IMG/VR virus record: IMGVR_UViG_3300000117_000018 | Reading direction: 5' to 3' (one strand) | DNA from: an uncultured virus (IMG/VR IMGVR_UViG_3300000117_000018) | Taxonomy: Duplodnaviria > Heunggongvirae > Uroviricota > Caudoviricetes | DNA: 64,000 nucleotides | Shown: piece by piece, positions 30,281 through 39,067 of the stretch | Position numbering within the stretch: the first letter of the stretch is position 1 | How the letters are laid out: each line of letters begins with the position of its first letter | Translations under genes and position numbers: made by a program | The notes under the pieces: model-generated | The model's database searches: none | What the model was told of the DNA's origin: nothing | What the model saw: the letters and a program-made list of their open reading frames with translations, nothing else

Positions 30281-30937
30281 ATGGAGAGAAAATTGAAATC
30301 ATACTTCCTAACCTTACCACTTGCAGCTGTTGCTCTTGCTGCATGTAGTAGTAATGAAAAAATCACTCAAGCAGTTGTTATTGAAGAACAACGTGAGATG
30401 GTTGAAGAGCAAATCGATAGAATGCCTAAATGGTTTACTAAAATTCCTGTAAAAGACGAAAGTATTTTTGCAGTAGGTACTGCCGTAACTCCTGATCTAC
30501 AGTTAAGTTATGATATTGCAGTACTTAATGCTAAGACGACTTTGGCTGATAGGATCAATGGTAAAGTTCGTTCTCAAACTAAAAACTTTATTGCTAAAGT
30601 CGGATCTACTGATCTTGATGTAGCAACACTAAATGAAGTTGAAAAGGTCACTAAGAATATTATTGCTGATGTAGATGTTGCGGGTTATGCAGTATCAGAA
30701 GCTGAAGTATTCCCTGATGGTACTCAATACCGTGCTTTTGTTCTTCTTGAGTATAATGACCTTGAAGCAAATAAGATTATTGTAAATCGTCTTCGTAAAG
30801 ACCGTTTGCTTTACTCTAAGCTAAGATCAAATAAGGCGTTCAAAGAACTAGACGATGCTGTAGATGGAGTTAAAGAAGACGAATCTAAGCAGTCTGAAAT
30901 GAACTTAATTTTAGAAGGATTGGTACCAAATGGTTAA
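30281..30937 (+). CDS. Lipoprotein (LPP20-like)
   Basis: Lipobox LAAC; PKWF...FAVGTA..A..NAK..LA. Confidence 0.65.
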   Translation: MERKLKSYFLTLPLAAVALAACSSNEKITQAVVIEEQREMVEEQIDRMPKWFTKIPVKDESIFAVGTAVTPDLQLSYDIAVLNAKTTLADRINGKVRSQTKNFIAKVGSTDLDVATLNEVEKVTKNIIADVDVAGYAVSEAEVFPDGTQYRAFVLLEYNDLEANKIIVNRLRKDRLLYSKLRSNKAFKELDDAVDGVKEDESKQSEMNLILEGLVPNG

Positions 30938-31346
30938 ACAAATGACAATTGCTGGGTTTATGACATTAACTGCCTGTCATCCAGCTTTAGCACATGACCC
31001 TCATGTTATGGACTACAATAAGACAGTAATTAATCAAGTTCCCTACAAAGTCGAAGTTTGTAGGGATGTAACAGTATCTGGTGATAAATCTGGTGATATG
31101 CTTAAAGGCGCTATCATTGGTGGTATTATCGGTAACAACGTAACTAAAAATGTAGAAAATGGAGGAACAGTTGGAGCACTACTTGGTGGTATGCTTGGCC
31201 ATTCAAATAGTAACGCTAGTGGTGGTACTAAGAGAGTGTGCAATGTTGAAACGCGCTATAAAGAAGAGTCTATGAGTTTGTACTCACATAGCAAAATTAC
31301 TTTTGAGTGGATGGGAAAGACTTATACAGTACAGTTTCAAAAATAA
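30930..31346 (+). CDS. Glycine-zipper membrane/exported protein
   Basis: GAIIGGIIG...GALLGGMLG. Confidence 0.7.
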   Translation: MVKQMTIAGFMTLTACHPALAHDPHVMDYNKTVINQVPYKVEVCRDVTVSGDKSGDMLKGAIIGGIIGNNVTKNVENGGTVGALLGGMLGHSNSNASGGTKRVCNVETRYKEESMSLYSHSKITFEWMGKTYTVQFQK

Positions 31347-31350
31347 ACTG

Positions 31351-31379
31351 TTTACAATCACTCAAAAGTGTGATATAAT
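31351..31379 (+). promoter_or_regulatory. Early promoter
   Basis: TTTACA-17-TATAAT. Confidence 0.8.
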
Positions 31380-31403
31380 ATATTTTTATGATGGAGAAAG
31401 TGA

Positions 31404-32336
31404 ATGAGTGTTGAATTCCTATGGGTCGAAAAGTATCGCCCACAAACAATTAATGATTGTGTTCTTACTGATGAGATGAAGAACACATTCCAAGCTATCC
31501 TAGATACGGGTGAGCTTCCAAATATGATGTTCTCTGGTTCTGCTGGTACGGGCAAGACCACAGTTGCAAGAGCATTATGTAATGAACTAAATCTAGACCA
31601 TATTGTAGTCAATGGATCAGAAGAAGGTAACATTGATACACTACGTGGTAAGATTAAACAGTTCGCTTCTTCTGTTTCACTGCAAGGTGGGTACAAGGTA
31701 GTAATTCTGGATGAGGCTGATTATCTCAATCCTCAATCAACCCAACCCGCCTTGCGTGGATTCATTGAAGAGTTTTCAAACAATTGTAGGTTTATCCTTA
31801 CATGTAACTTTAAGAACCGTATCATTGAACCACTTCATTCAAGATGTTCAGTATATGACTTTAGTATTCCAAAAGAACACAAAGCTGGTATTGCTCATAA
31901 GTTCTTTGTTAGGCTACAAAAGATTTTGCAAGACGAAAGTGTTGAAGCTGAACCAGCTGTAGTTGCTAATATCGTTAACAAGCATTTCCCAGATTTCCGC
32001 AGAGTACTTGGTGAATGCCAACGTTATAGTGTATCTGGTAAAATCGAAGCAAGTTCAGTTACTCTTATTCAAGATCAAAGTGAATTGACTAACCATCTTA
32101 AGAATAAAGACTTCAAAAAGATGCGTTTATGGGTTGCTAATAATATTGATGTTGAACCACAACAAATCTTTAGAATGATTTATGATAATATGGCCACTAT
32201 GGCTAAACCACATTCAATTCCACAACTAGTTCTTATTCTTGCTGACTATCAGTATAAGAATGCATTTGTAGCCGACCATGAATTAAACATGGTTGCATGC
32301 ATGACGGAGCTTATGGCTAATGTCGAGTTTGCATAG
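31404..32336 (+). CDS. gp44: Clamp loader large subunit gp44
   Basis: LWVEKYRP, GSAGTGKT, DEAD, SRC. Confidence 0.96.
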   Translation: MSVEFLWVEKYRPQTINDCVLTDEMKNTFQAILDTGELPNMMFSGSAGTGKTTVARALCNELNLDHIVVNGSEEGNIDTLRGKIKQFASSVSLQGGYKVVILDEADYLNPQSTQPALRGFIEEFSNNCRFILTCNFKNRIIEPLHSRCSVYDFSIPKEHKAGIAHKFFVRLQKILQDESVEAEPAVVANIVNKHFPDFRRVLGECQRYSVSGKIEASSVTLIQDQSELTNHLKNKDFKKMRLWVANNIDVEPQQIFRMIYDNMATMAKPHSIPQLVLILADYQYKNAFVADHELNMVACMTELMANVEFA

Positions 32337-32340
32337 TACA

Positions 32341-32496
32341 ATGTGGAGAATATGGGCTAAAACAATTGGCAGCAAGATTGGCGATACAAAAGAAAGCGAT
32401 ATTGCTGCTGTTTTGAGGACAATATGGGTTATTACCCACCTTGTTGCGTGTTTCTTTATTATTGCGCACAATGGTATTAAACTAGGATGGTTTTAA
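32341..32496 (+). CDS. Small membrane protein (not in ORF track)
   Basis: MWRIWAKTIGSKIG...LRTIWVITHLVACFFIIAHNG; fills the gap and is coupled TAATG to the next ORF. Confidence 0.65.
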   Translation: MWRIWAKTIGSKIGDTKESDIAAVLRTIWVITHLVACFFIIAHNGIKLGWF

Positions 32497-32726
32497 TGTG
32501 GAATAAAGTAGAAGATAAAATGCCTGAAGTTGGTCAACGACTTTGGTATTATTTTAAGCCAGTTGGCAGCTGGCGTGGTACCTTTGAAGGATATTACGTA
32601 TCTGAAAAGGGTGTAACTTATAATGGTATGCACATCTTTGTTAATGATGAGCAAAGCGGATGGTTAACTGGTGATGTCACTCATTGGCATCTTGATCAGG
32701 AGGAAGCACCAAATGACCCCGTTTGA
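32496..32726 (+). CDS. DUF551-like hypothetical protein
   Basis: MWNKVEDKMPE...VTHWH. Confidence 0.6.
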   Translation: MWNKVEDKMPEVGQRLWYYFKPVGSWRGTFEGYYVSEKGVTYNGMHIFVNDEQSGWLTGDVTHWHLDQEEAPNDPV

Positions 32727-33093
32727 ATATTTAAATGCTATTAATACTACCAAAAAAGATCTTATGGTAGATGAAGAAGCTGAAAAGAAGTATAGTGCAT
32801 TTATGGTTAATAGAGGTCTATCATACTTTTATGATACAGCTTTGTTAGCAAATGAAATGAATCGTAATCACCACTTGGATAATCGCCTCCAATTTGATTT
32901 TCTTATAAATACAATTAGGAAACAAAAGCGTTTTAGCAAGTGGTTGAAAGCTGATAAGACTGACTCATTAGAAGCAGTCAAAGAATATTATGGTTATAGC
33001 AATGAAAAAGCTCGCCAAGCTCTCACCTTACTAAACGATGAACAGATTAATGTATTGAAACAAAAGGTGACTAAAGGTGGAAGATCAAAATAA
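32713..33093 (+). CDS. gp62: Clamp loader small subunit gp62
   Basis: FMVNRGLS, ANEMN, RFSKW, VKEYYGYS..KA. Confidence 0.9.
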   Translation: MTPFEYLNAINTTKKDLMVDEEAEKKYSAFMVNRGLSYFYDTALLANEMNRNHHLDNRLQFDFLINTIRKQKRFSKWLKADKTDSLEAVKEYYGYSNEKARQALTLLNDEQINVLKQKVTKGGRSK

Positions 33094-33496
33094 CGAAGTA
33101 CAGGAGTGGACACCAGCTATGATGCTGGAAGTTGTGCTTAATGAACCAGATGATTTTCTTAAAGTGCGTGAAACACTTACTCGTATTGGCGTAGCATCTC
33201 GTAAAGATAATATGCTATATCAATCTTGCCATATCTTACATAAGCAAGGCAGGTATTTTATCACACACTTTAAAGAACTCTTTTTATTGGATGGTAAACC
33301 ATCTAATCTTATGGAGAATGATATTGAACGTAGGAACACAGTTGCGACGTTACTGTCGGACTGGGGACTTATAACTATTGTCAATAATGAGCAGGCAAAA
33401 GAAAAAGCTCCATTACGACAAATCAAAATCATTTCCTATAAGGATAAAGATCAATGGCAACTTTGTCCCAAGTATAATATTGGAACAAATAAGTAG
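33077..33496 (+). CDS. regA: Translational repressor RegA
   Basis: DDFLKVRETLTRIG, LYQSCHILHKQGRY..HFKELF. Confidence 0.96.
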   Translation: MEDQNNEVQEWTPAMMLEVVLNEPDDFLKVRETLTRIGVASRKDNMLYQSCHILHKQGRYFITHFKELFLLDGKPSNLMENDIERRNTVATLLSDWGLITIVNNEQAKEKAPLRQIKIISYKDKDQWQLCPKYNIGTNK

Positions 33497-33525
33497 TCAT
33501 AGATTGCAAGTAAGTAATTTGCTTG

Positions 33526-33533
33526 TATAAATA
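33526..33533 (+). promoter_or_regulatory. T4-type late promoter for hsp20
   Basis: TATAAATA. Confidence 0.7.
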
Positions 33534-33538
33534 AAACT

Positions 33539-33598
33539 GGATGCCGCGCTAGCGGGTCCTTAATTTAACCTTGCTTAAGTCATAGGAGGTAACACATG
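33539..33598 (+). ncRNA. ROSE-like RNA thermometer in the hsp20 5' UTR
   Basis: 5' hairpin 33539-33559; ACCUUGCU (33568-33575) pairs with SD AGGAGGU (33584-33590) leaving a bulged G. Confidence 0.65.
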
Positions 33599-34072
33599 AC
33601 AGGTAATTTCGCATATCCACGAAACGCATTTTTAGGTTTCGATCACATCTTTGATAGGCTGGAACAGGTCCATGCCCATGCAAAGGATACATATCCCCCA
33701 CATAACGTAGTTAAAGTTGATCAAATGAACTACATTGTAGAGCTAGCAGTAGCTGGTTTCAATGAAGAACATATTGATATCGAACTAAAAGACCACGTGC
33801 TTACTATTACTGGAGATCGTCCACAACGGAGATCACAGGACGAGTATGTTCATAAAGGGATTAGTGCTCGTAAGTTTAGTAAATCGTATCGCTTAAGCGA
33901 ATACACAGAAGTCACTGGTGCAGACATGAAGGACGGGATTCTCACGGTCAATTTAGAAGTGGTCCTACCTGAAGAGAAGCGACCTCGTAAAATTAAAATC
34001 AATTCTAATTACGAGGAAAACAATGACAGCAATAGCACTACAGAGCCTGAACTTCTCAGGGAAACTACTTAA
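33596..34072 (+). CDS. hsp20: Small heat shock protein (IbpA-like)
   Basis: FLGFD, YPPHNV, ELAVAGF, HKGISARKF, DGILTV..LPEEKRPRKI. Confidence 0.95.
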   Translation: MTGNFAYPRNAFLGFDHIFDRLEQVHAHAKDTYPPHNVVKVDQMNYIVELAVAGFNEEHIDIELKDHVLTITGDRPQRRSQDEYVHKGISARKFSKSYRLSEYTEVTGADMKDGILTVNLEVVLPEEKRPRKIKINSNYEENNDSNSTTEPELLRETT

Positions 34073-34280
34073 TGCATTATACACTGGTGTTAAGAAAACA
34101 CTTGAAGGTGTAATGATTGGTTGGATTATCGCAAGACAAACCCAAGCAAATCAGCACGTTGCAAGACAAATGATTGACATTGGTGAATACCGCTCAGACG
34201 AATATTGGAACTTAGTATCAGATTTGAATGCAAAATGCATTCAGTCTATTCATAAGGAGTTCGGTATTAATGAGAAGTAA
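34023..34280 (+). CDS. Hypothetical protein
   Basis: SD GAGG; 85 aa. Confidence 0.6.
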   Translation: MTAIALQSLNFSGKLLNALYTGVKKTLEGVMIGWIIARQTQANQHVARQMIDIGEYRSDEYWNLVSDLNAKCIQSIHKEFGINEK

Positions 34281-34404
34281 GTTTAATAAATGGTGGACTA
34301 ATTTATGGATGGATCCTTATACAAAGTATCTTGCAAATTCTGTAGATCACGTAGATCTAGAGCAGCGTTTGCAAAAATTACAACGTAAAGGTATCTGGCT
34401 GTAA
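34270..34404 (+). CDS. Small DUF3563-like protein (not in ORF track)
   Basis: SD AAGGAG; YLANSVDHVDLEQRLQKL. Confidence 0.6.
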   Translation: MRSKFNKWWTNLWMDPYTKYLANSVDHVDLEQRLQKLQRKGIWL

Positions 34405-34416
34405 AATAAATATCTT

Positions 34417-34447
34417 TGAGAGCCGTTACGGCGGCTCTCATTCTTTA
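34417..34447 (+). terminator. Rho-independent terminator
   Basis: TGAGAGCCGT-TACG-GCGGCTCTCA followed by TTCTTT. Confidence 0.75.
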
Positions 34448-34466
34448 TAACATGGGAGTCTATATT

Positions 34467-34754
34467 ATGGACAATATTAAAATCGTACGTCTTACAACAG
34501 GCGAAGAGCTTATTTGCTCAACTAAAGTTTCTTCTACAGGCTACACTCTTAAAGATGTAGCAATTCTAATACCAACACAAAACAATCAACTAGGTTTGGC
34601 TCCATTCATGGCATATTCAGATGCTAAAGATGGAATTGAAACACAGTCTAAGAATGTTATGTTTGTTGTAGAACCTGTGACTGAACTTAAAAACCAATAC
34701 CAACAAATGTTTTCAAAGCTAGTAACACCTGCAAATAGTAAGTTAATAGTGTAA
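34467..34754 (+). CDS. Conserved T4-like hypothetical protein upstream of gp43
   Basis: IKIVRLTTGEELI; ATG 34467 with SD GGGAG. Confidence 0.7.
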   Translation: MDNIKIVRLTTGEELICSTKVSSTGYTLKDVAILIPTQNNQLGLAPFMAYSDAKDGIETQSKNVMFVVEPVTELKNQYQQMFSKLVTPANSKLIV

Positions 34755-34762
34755 AAAAGTCC

Positions 34763-34791
34763 TTTACATTTGCACAGAGATGTGATATAAT
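34763..34791 (+). promoter_or_regulatory. Early promoter for gp43
   Basis: TTTACA-17-TATAAT. Confidence 0.8.
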
Positions 34792-34818
34792 ATACTTACA
34801 TTATGGAGGTTTACCCTA

Positions 34819-37425
34819 TTGAAATTCTATACATCTATTAATCGTTATGGCAACAAGCTATTATACCGTGGCTATGAAAATGGCCAGCCAGTAAACAAAG
34901 AAATTAAGTATGAGCCAACGCTTTACGTCAAGTCTCAAAAGCCTGAGACTGGCGTTAATGGTCTTGATGGAGCAGTAATTGAGCCACGTCTATTTGATAC
35001 TATGCGTAGTGCTCGTGACTTTGTAAAAACATATGAGGATGTTGATAGCTTTAACATCTATGGTTCAACTAACTATGTAAATGCATATATTGCCGAAGAA
35101 TGGGATGGTGATATTGAGTTTGATCGTGATCGCATTAATATCACTTCAATTGATATCGAAGTTCAGTCTGATAACGGGTTCCCAGAGCCTGATGAAGCTG
35201 CCCAACCTATTATCTCTATTGCATGCAAAAACAATATTGACAATGTCTATTTTGTCTGGGGCTTTGGTGATTACGACGTTTCAAAGTCTATTATGCAAGA
35301 ATGCGAAGTTGTCTATCGTAAAATGGATAACGAAATCCATCTACTATCAGACTTCCTTAAATGGTGGAACTCACCAGCTCACTGTCCTGATGTAATCACC
35401 GGCTGGAACGTACGTGGGTTTGATGTACCATACATGGTACATCGTATTAATAAGATTCTAGGTGAAGGCCAAGCAAATCGTCTTTCACCTTGGGGTCATA
35501 TCAATGAAAGAATTATGAAGTTCAAAGGTCGCGATCTTACTACTTATGAACTATATGGTATTGTTACACTTGACTATATGGATATGTTCAAAAAGTTTGG
35601 TTATGCATATGGTCCACAAGAATCATATTCACTTAATCATATCTCACACGTGGTACTTGGTGAAAAGAAACTGTCTTATGAAGAACACTCTTCTTTGTTT
35701 GGTTTGTATAAAGCTGACTTCCAAAAGTTTATTGATTACAATATCAAGGATGTAGAGTTAGTTGATCGCCTAGAAGATAAGATGGGTCTTATTACTTTGG
35801 TAATGACTATAGCTTACAAAGCAGGTATTAACTATATGGATACGTTTGGTACTACAGCAATGTGGGATACTATTATCTACCGTACTCTTTCTAGTAAAAA
35901 CATCTATCCAAACATTAATAAGATTCCTGGTAATACAGAATATGTAAAAGCTGGATCAACTGTTGGAACTAACAATCATACTCATGTAACACAAGATGGA
36001 ATACGTACTGGTGAAGTTAAAGAGTCTGGCTTTGCTGGTGGTTATGTTAAACCTCCTCAAATTGGTTTGCATGACTGGGTTGTATCTTTTGATTTGAACT
36101 CACTCTATCCTAACATCATTGTTCAATGGAACATGTCTCCTGAAACTATTATTTCTGGTACTACACTTGGTGTTACGCCCGATACTTGTCTTGCTGGTAC
36201 TAATACCAAAAATCCAGATAAAACTACTTCTATGGCTGCTAATGGTGTACACTTCAAGAAAGATACCGTTGGTGTTCTACCATCTTTGATTATTGACTAT
36301 TATGCTGAACGTCGTGTTATCAAAGACAAAATGCTGGCCGCCCAACAAGAACGTCAGGGTATTGATCCATCTGAAAAGCAAGAAATCTACCGTATTGAAC
36401 GTGATATGAATCGATTTGAAAACCAGCAAATGGCTATTAAGATTATGATGAATAGTCTTTATGGTGCACTTGGTAACAAATGGTTCCGTTATAATGACAT
36501 CTCTATGGCTGAAGCTATTACGTTAACTGGTCAGTATGCTATTCGTTTTGCTGAAAAAACTGTTAACAAATATATGAATGAATTGCTTAAAACAACTGAC
36601 AAAGACTATGTTATTGCTATTGATACCGATTCATTGTATGTTAACTTCGGTCCATTAGTCAAAAAGTATGAACCAAAGAATCCTGTTTTCTGGCTTGATA
36701 GTGTTTGCCGAGAAAAGCTTGAAGTCGTTATCAAAGACGCATACAAAGAGTTGTTTGATCGTATGGACTGTGCTCGTCCACGTATGGAAATGGGTCGGGA
36801 AGCTATTGCTGATGTTGGTATTTGGACTGCTAAAAAGAGGTACATTCTAAATGTTCACAACAATGAAGGTGTGGCTTATGCTGAACCTAAGCTCAAAATT
36901 ATGGGTATTGAAGCAATTAAATCCTCAACTCCGTCAGAGTGTCGTGATGCTCTTAAGGCTTTGTTCAAAGTTATTGTAACTGGTTCAGAGTCTAAAACAC
37001 AAGAAGCAATCCGCCAATTCAAACAGTATTTCTTTAGTCTACCAGCCCATGAAGTTGCATTCCCTCGTGGTGTAAGTGATATTGACAAATGGACTCGCAA
37101 AGATGGATATGCTAAGGGTACACCAATTCATGTTCGTGGTGCCATACTTCACAATATGGCTGTAAAAGACAAAGCTCTTACAAGTAAGTATGAACCTATT
37201 CGTAACGGTGACAAAGTCAAGTTTTGTTATCTTAAGAAGCCAAACCCTATCAAAGAGAATGTAGTTTCCTTTGTTGACTTCTTACCGCCTGAGTTACAGC
37301 TTGATAAGTTTATTGACTATGAGCTGCAGTTTCAAAAGACATTCCTAGATCCTATTGAACCAATCCTTACATCGATTGGCTGGTCTCAGGAAGAACAAGC
37401 TACATTGGAGGCATTCTTTGGTTAA
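34819..37425 (+). CDS. gp43: Family B DNA polymerase gp43
   Basis: Exonuclease DIE, YNIKD; DLNSLYP, K..MNSLYG, IDTDS, KKRY; TTG start with SD GGAGG. Confidence 0.98.
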   Translation: MKFYTSINRYGNKLLYRGYENGQPVNKEIKYEPTLYVKSQKPETGVNGLDGAVIEPRLFDTMRSARDFVKTYEDVDSFNIYGSTNYVNAYIAEEWDGDIEFDRDRINITSIDIEVQSDNGFPEPDEAAQPIISIACKNNIDNVYFVWGFGDYDVSKSIMQECEVVYRKMDNEIHLLSDFLKWWNSPAHCPDVITGWNVRGFDVPYMVHRINKILGEGQANRLSPWGHINERIMKFKGRDLTTYELYGIVTLDYMDMFKKFGYAYGPQESYSLNHISHVVLGEKKLSYEEHSSLFGLYKADFQKFIDYNIKDVELVDRLEDKMGLITLVMTIAYKAGINYMDTFGTTAMWDTIIYRTLSSKNIYPNINKIPGNTEYVKAGSTVGTNNHTHVTQDGIRTGEVKESGFAGGYVKPPQIGLHDWVVSFDLNSLYPNIIVQWNMSPETIISGTTLGVTPDTCLAGTNTKNPDKTTSMAANGVHFKKDTVGVLPSLIIDYYAERRVIKDKMLAAQQERQGIDPSEKQEIYRIERDMNRFENQQMAIKIMMNSLYGALGNKWFRYNDISMAEAITLTGQYAIRFAEKTVNKYMNELLKTTDKDYVIAIDTDSLYVNFGPLVKKYEPKNPVFWLDSVCREKLEVVIKDAYKELFDRMDCARPRMEMGREAIADVGIWTAKKRYILNVHNNEGVAYAEPKLKIMGIEAIKSSTPSECRDALKALFKVIVTGSESKTQEAIRQFKQYFFSLPAHEVAFPRGVSDIDKWTRKDGYAKGTPIHVRGAILHNMAVKDKALTSKYEPIRNGDKVKFCYLKKPNPIKENVVSFVDFLPPELQLDKFIDYELQFQKTFLDPIEPILTSIGWSQEEQATLEAFFG

Positions 37426-37711
37426 GCAAACAATAAAAGAAAAGATACGTCAAAGACGATCTCAGATGTTAGTTCACTCATATATCTACTATGAGAAAGA
37501 TGATTGTATTGTTGATGACTTTAAGTGGCAAGAGTGGGCTAATGAACTAAGAGATCTTCAAAACAATCATCCAGAAGAATGTAACATAGGATTCTATGAC
37601 AAAGAATTTGAAGGATGGACTGGAGCTGGTGGTTCTCACTTACCGCTAAGAGATCCAAAAGTAATTGCTAAAGCAGAAAAAATACTCCTTTACAATGACA
37701 ACAAAGTGTGA
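37418..37711 (+). CDS. Stand-alone NAD-dependent ligase subdomain Ia-like protein
   Basis: QMLVHSYIYYEKDDCIVDDFKW resembles the LigA Ia H..Y.YY..D.P.I.D..YD pattern; TTG start after GGAGG. Confidence 0.55.
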   Translation: MVKQTIKEKIRQRRSQMLVHSYIYYEKDDCIVDDFKWQEWANELRDLQNNHPEECNIGFYDKEFEGWTGAGGSHLPLRDPKVIAKAEKILLYNDNKV

Positions 37712-37717
37712 TATAAT
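37689..37717 (+). promoter_or_regulatory. Early promoter
   Basis: TTTACA-17-TATAAT. Confidence 0.75.
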
Positions 37718-37740
37718 ATATCTAGAAATGGAGAAAGATA

Positions 37741-38160
37741 ATGAGTAAAGATTGGTCAAAAGATATTGAAGACATGCATGCTAAGTATGGTGTTGATCAA
37801 TGGATGGGAATGAAGCTATTGAACGTAGAAACTGAAACACTTCGTAAGTTTCTTGAGTTTCGTATGGCATTCCTTAAAGAAGAATTAGATGAAACAACGC
37901 AAGCTGTGGCTAACAATGATCCTGAAGAGATTGTTGATGGTCTTATTGATCTATGTGTTGTTGCAATTGGTACACTGGATGCTTTTGGTGTAGATGCTCA
38001 CAAGGCATGGGATGAAGTACTAAAAGCTAATATGAACAAAGAAGTTGGTGAAAAAGCTGAGAGGCCTAATCCTCTTGGACTACCGGACCTTGTAAAGCCT
38101 GCAGGCTGGAAAGCACCAAGTCACGAAGGAAACCATGGTTGTCTCGACTACACTTTTTAA
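37741..38160 (+). CDS. All-alpha NTP pyrophosphohydrolase (MazG/PRA-PH-like)
   Basis: FLKEELDE...EEIVDGLIDL, NMNK, DLVKPAGW. Confidence 0.8.
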   Translation: MSKDWSKDIEDMHAKYGVDQWMGMKLLNVETETLRKFLEFRMAFLKEELDETTQAVANNDPEEIVDGLIDLCVVAIGTLDAFGVDAHKAWDEVLKANMNKEVGEKAERPNPLGLPDLVKPAGWKAPSHEGNHGCLDYTF

Positions 38161-39067
38161 GAGTATCTACGATAACAAAACTGATACTCGATTAGTCTTC
38201 AAGAACTTTGAAGCTTTTGAAGAATCTTTGTATTTGTTATCAGAGCGGCCTATTGCGTCTAAGAAAGATGCACCTTTGATGTCACCTGCAGTCTATACAC
38301 CAGACACTACACGGGCAAATGCTAATGTAACTGAGTGGGCTGGCTGGGCTGCAGTTGACGTTGACGAACATAAATTTGAAGGAGATTTACAAAATGAACT
38401 TGCCTCTCTATATGGTAATTGGTATTACGTTTGTTATAGTACTGCAAGCTCTACCCGCGATCATCCGAAGTTTCGAATTGTCTTCCCTCTTAAAGGAAGA
38501 GTTAAAGCGAACAGAATTAAGAAATTTTGGTACGCCCTCAACACACTCCTTGACTCAATCGGAGATCGACAAACTAAAGATCTTTCAAGAATGTATTACG
38601 TCCCAGGCAAATATGCTGGTGCATACAACTTTATATTCAGTAACACTAACGGTAGTTATCTGGACCCTGACGCCTTAATTGATAAGTATCCTTTACAAGA
38701 AAAGAAACAGGGTGCTACATTCTTTGATCGTTTGCCTGAAGAAATACAAAATCAAATTGTTGAGCATCGTAAAAACTCAGCAAACAATACAGATATTAGT
38801 TGGACATCGTACCATGATTGTCCATTTGTAAATAGAAAGTTAGTGGCTGAATATAAGACCATTAACGAAACAGGTTGGTATCATGGTCTATACCGTATCA
38901 TGGTATCTATTGCTGGTAACGCAGTAAGTAATAACTATCCAATTACTTCTTACCAGATCGCTGAGCTCTGTAAAGAGATTGATAATGAAACCGGCCAGTG
39001 GTATGACTCACGGCCACTTGAAAAGGAGGCGGATCGAGCAATCGAATTCGTATATAAAAATGCTTAA
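38135..39067 (+). CDS. Archaeo-eukaryotic primase (PrimPol-type) with helical C-terminal domain
   Basis: AAVDVD, YSTASS...PKFRIVFPL, D.QTKDLSRMYYVP. Confidence 0.7.
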   Translation: MVVSTTLFKSIYDNKTDTRLVFKNFEAFEESLYLLSERPIASKKDAPLMSPAVYTPDTTRANANVTEWAGWAAVDVDEHKFEGDLQNELASLYGNWYYVCYSTASSTRDHPKFRIVFPLKGRVKANRIKKFWYALNTLLDSIGDRQTKDLSRMYYVPGKYAGAYNFIFSNTNGSYLDPDALIDKYPLQEKKQGATFFDRLPEEIQNQIVEHRKNSANNTDISWTSYHDCPFVNRKLVAEYKTINETGWYHGLYRIMVSIAGNAVSNNYPITSYQIAELCKEIDNETGQWYDSRPLEKEADRAIEFVYKNA

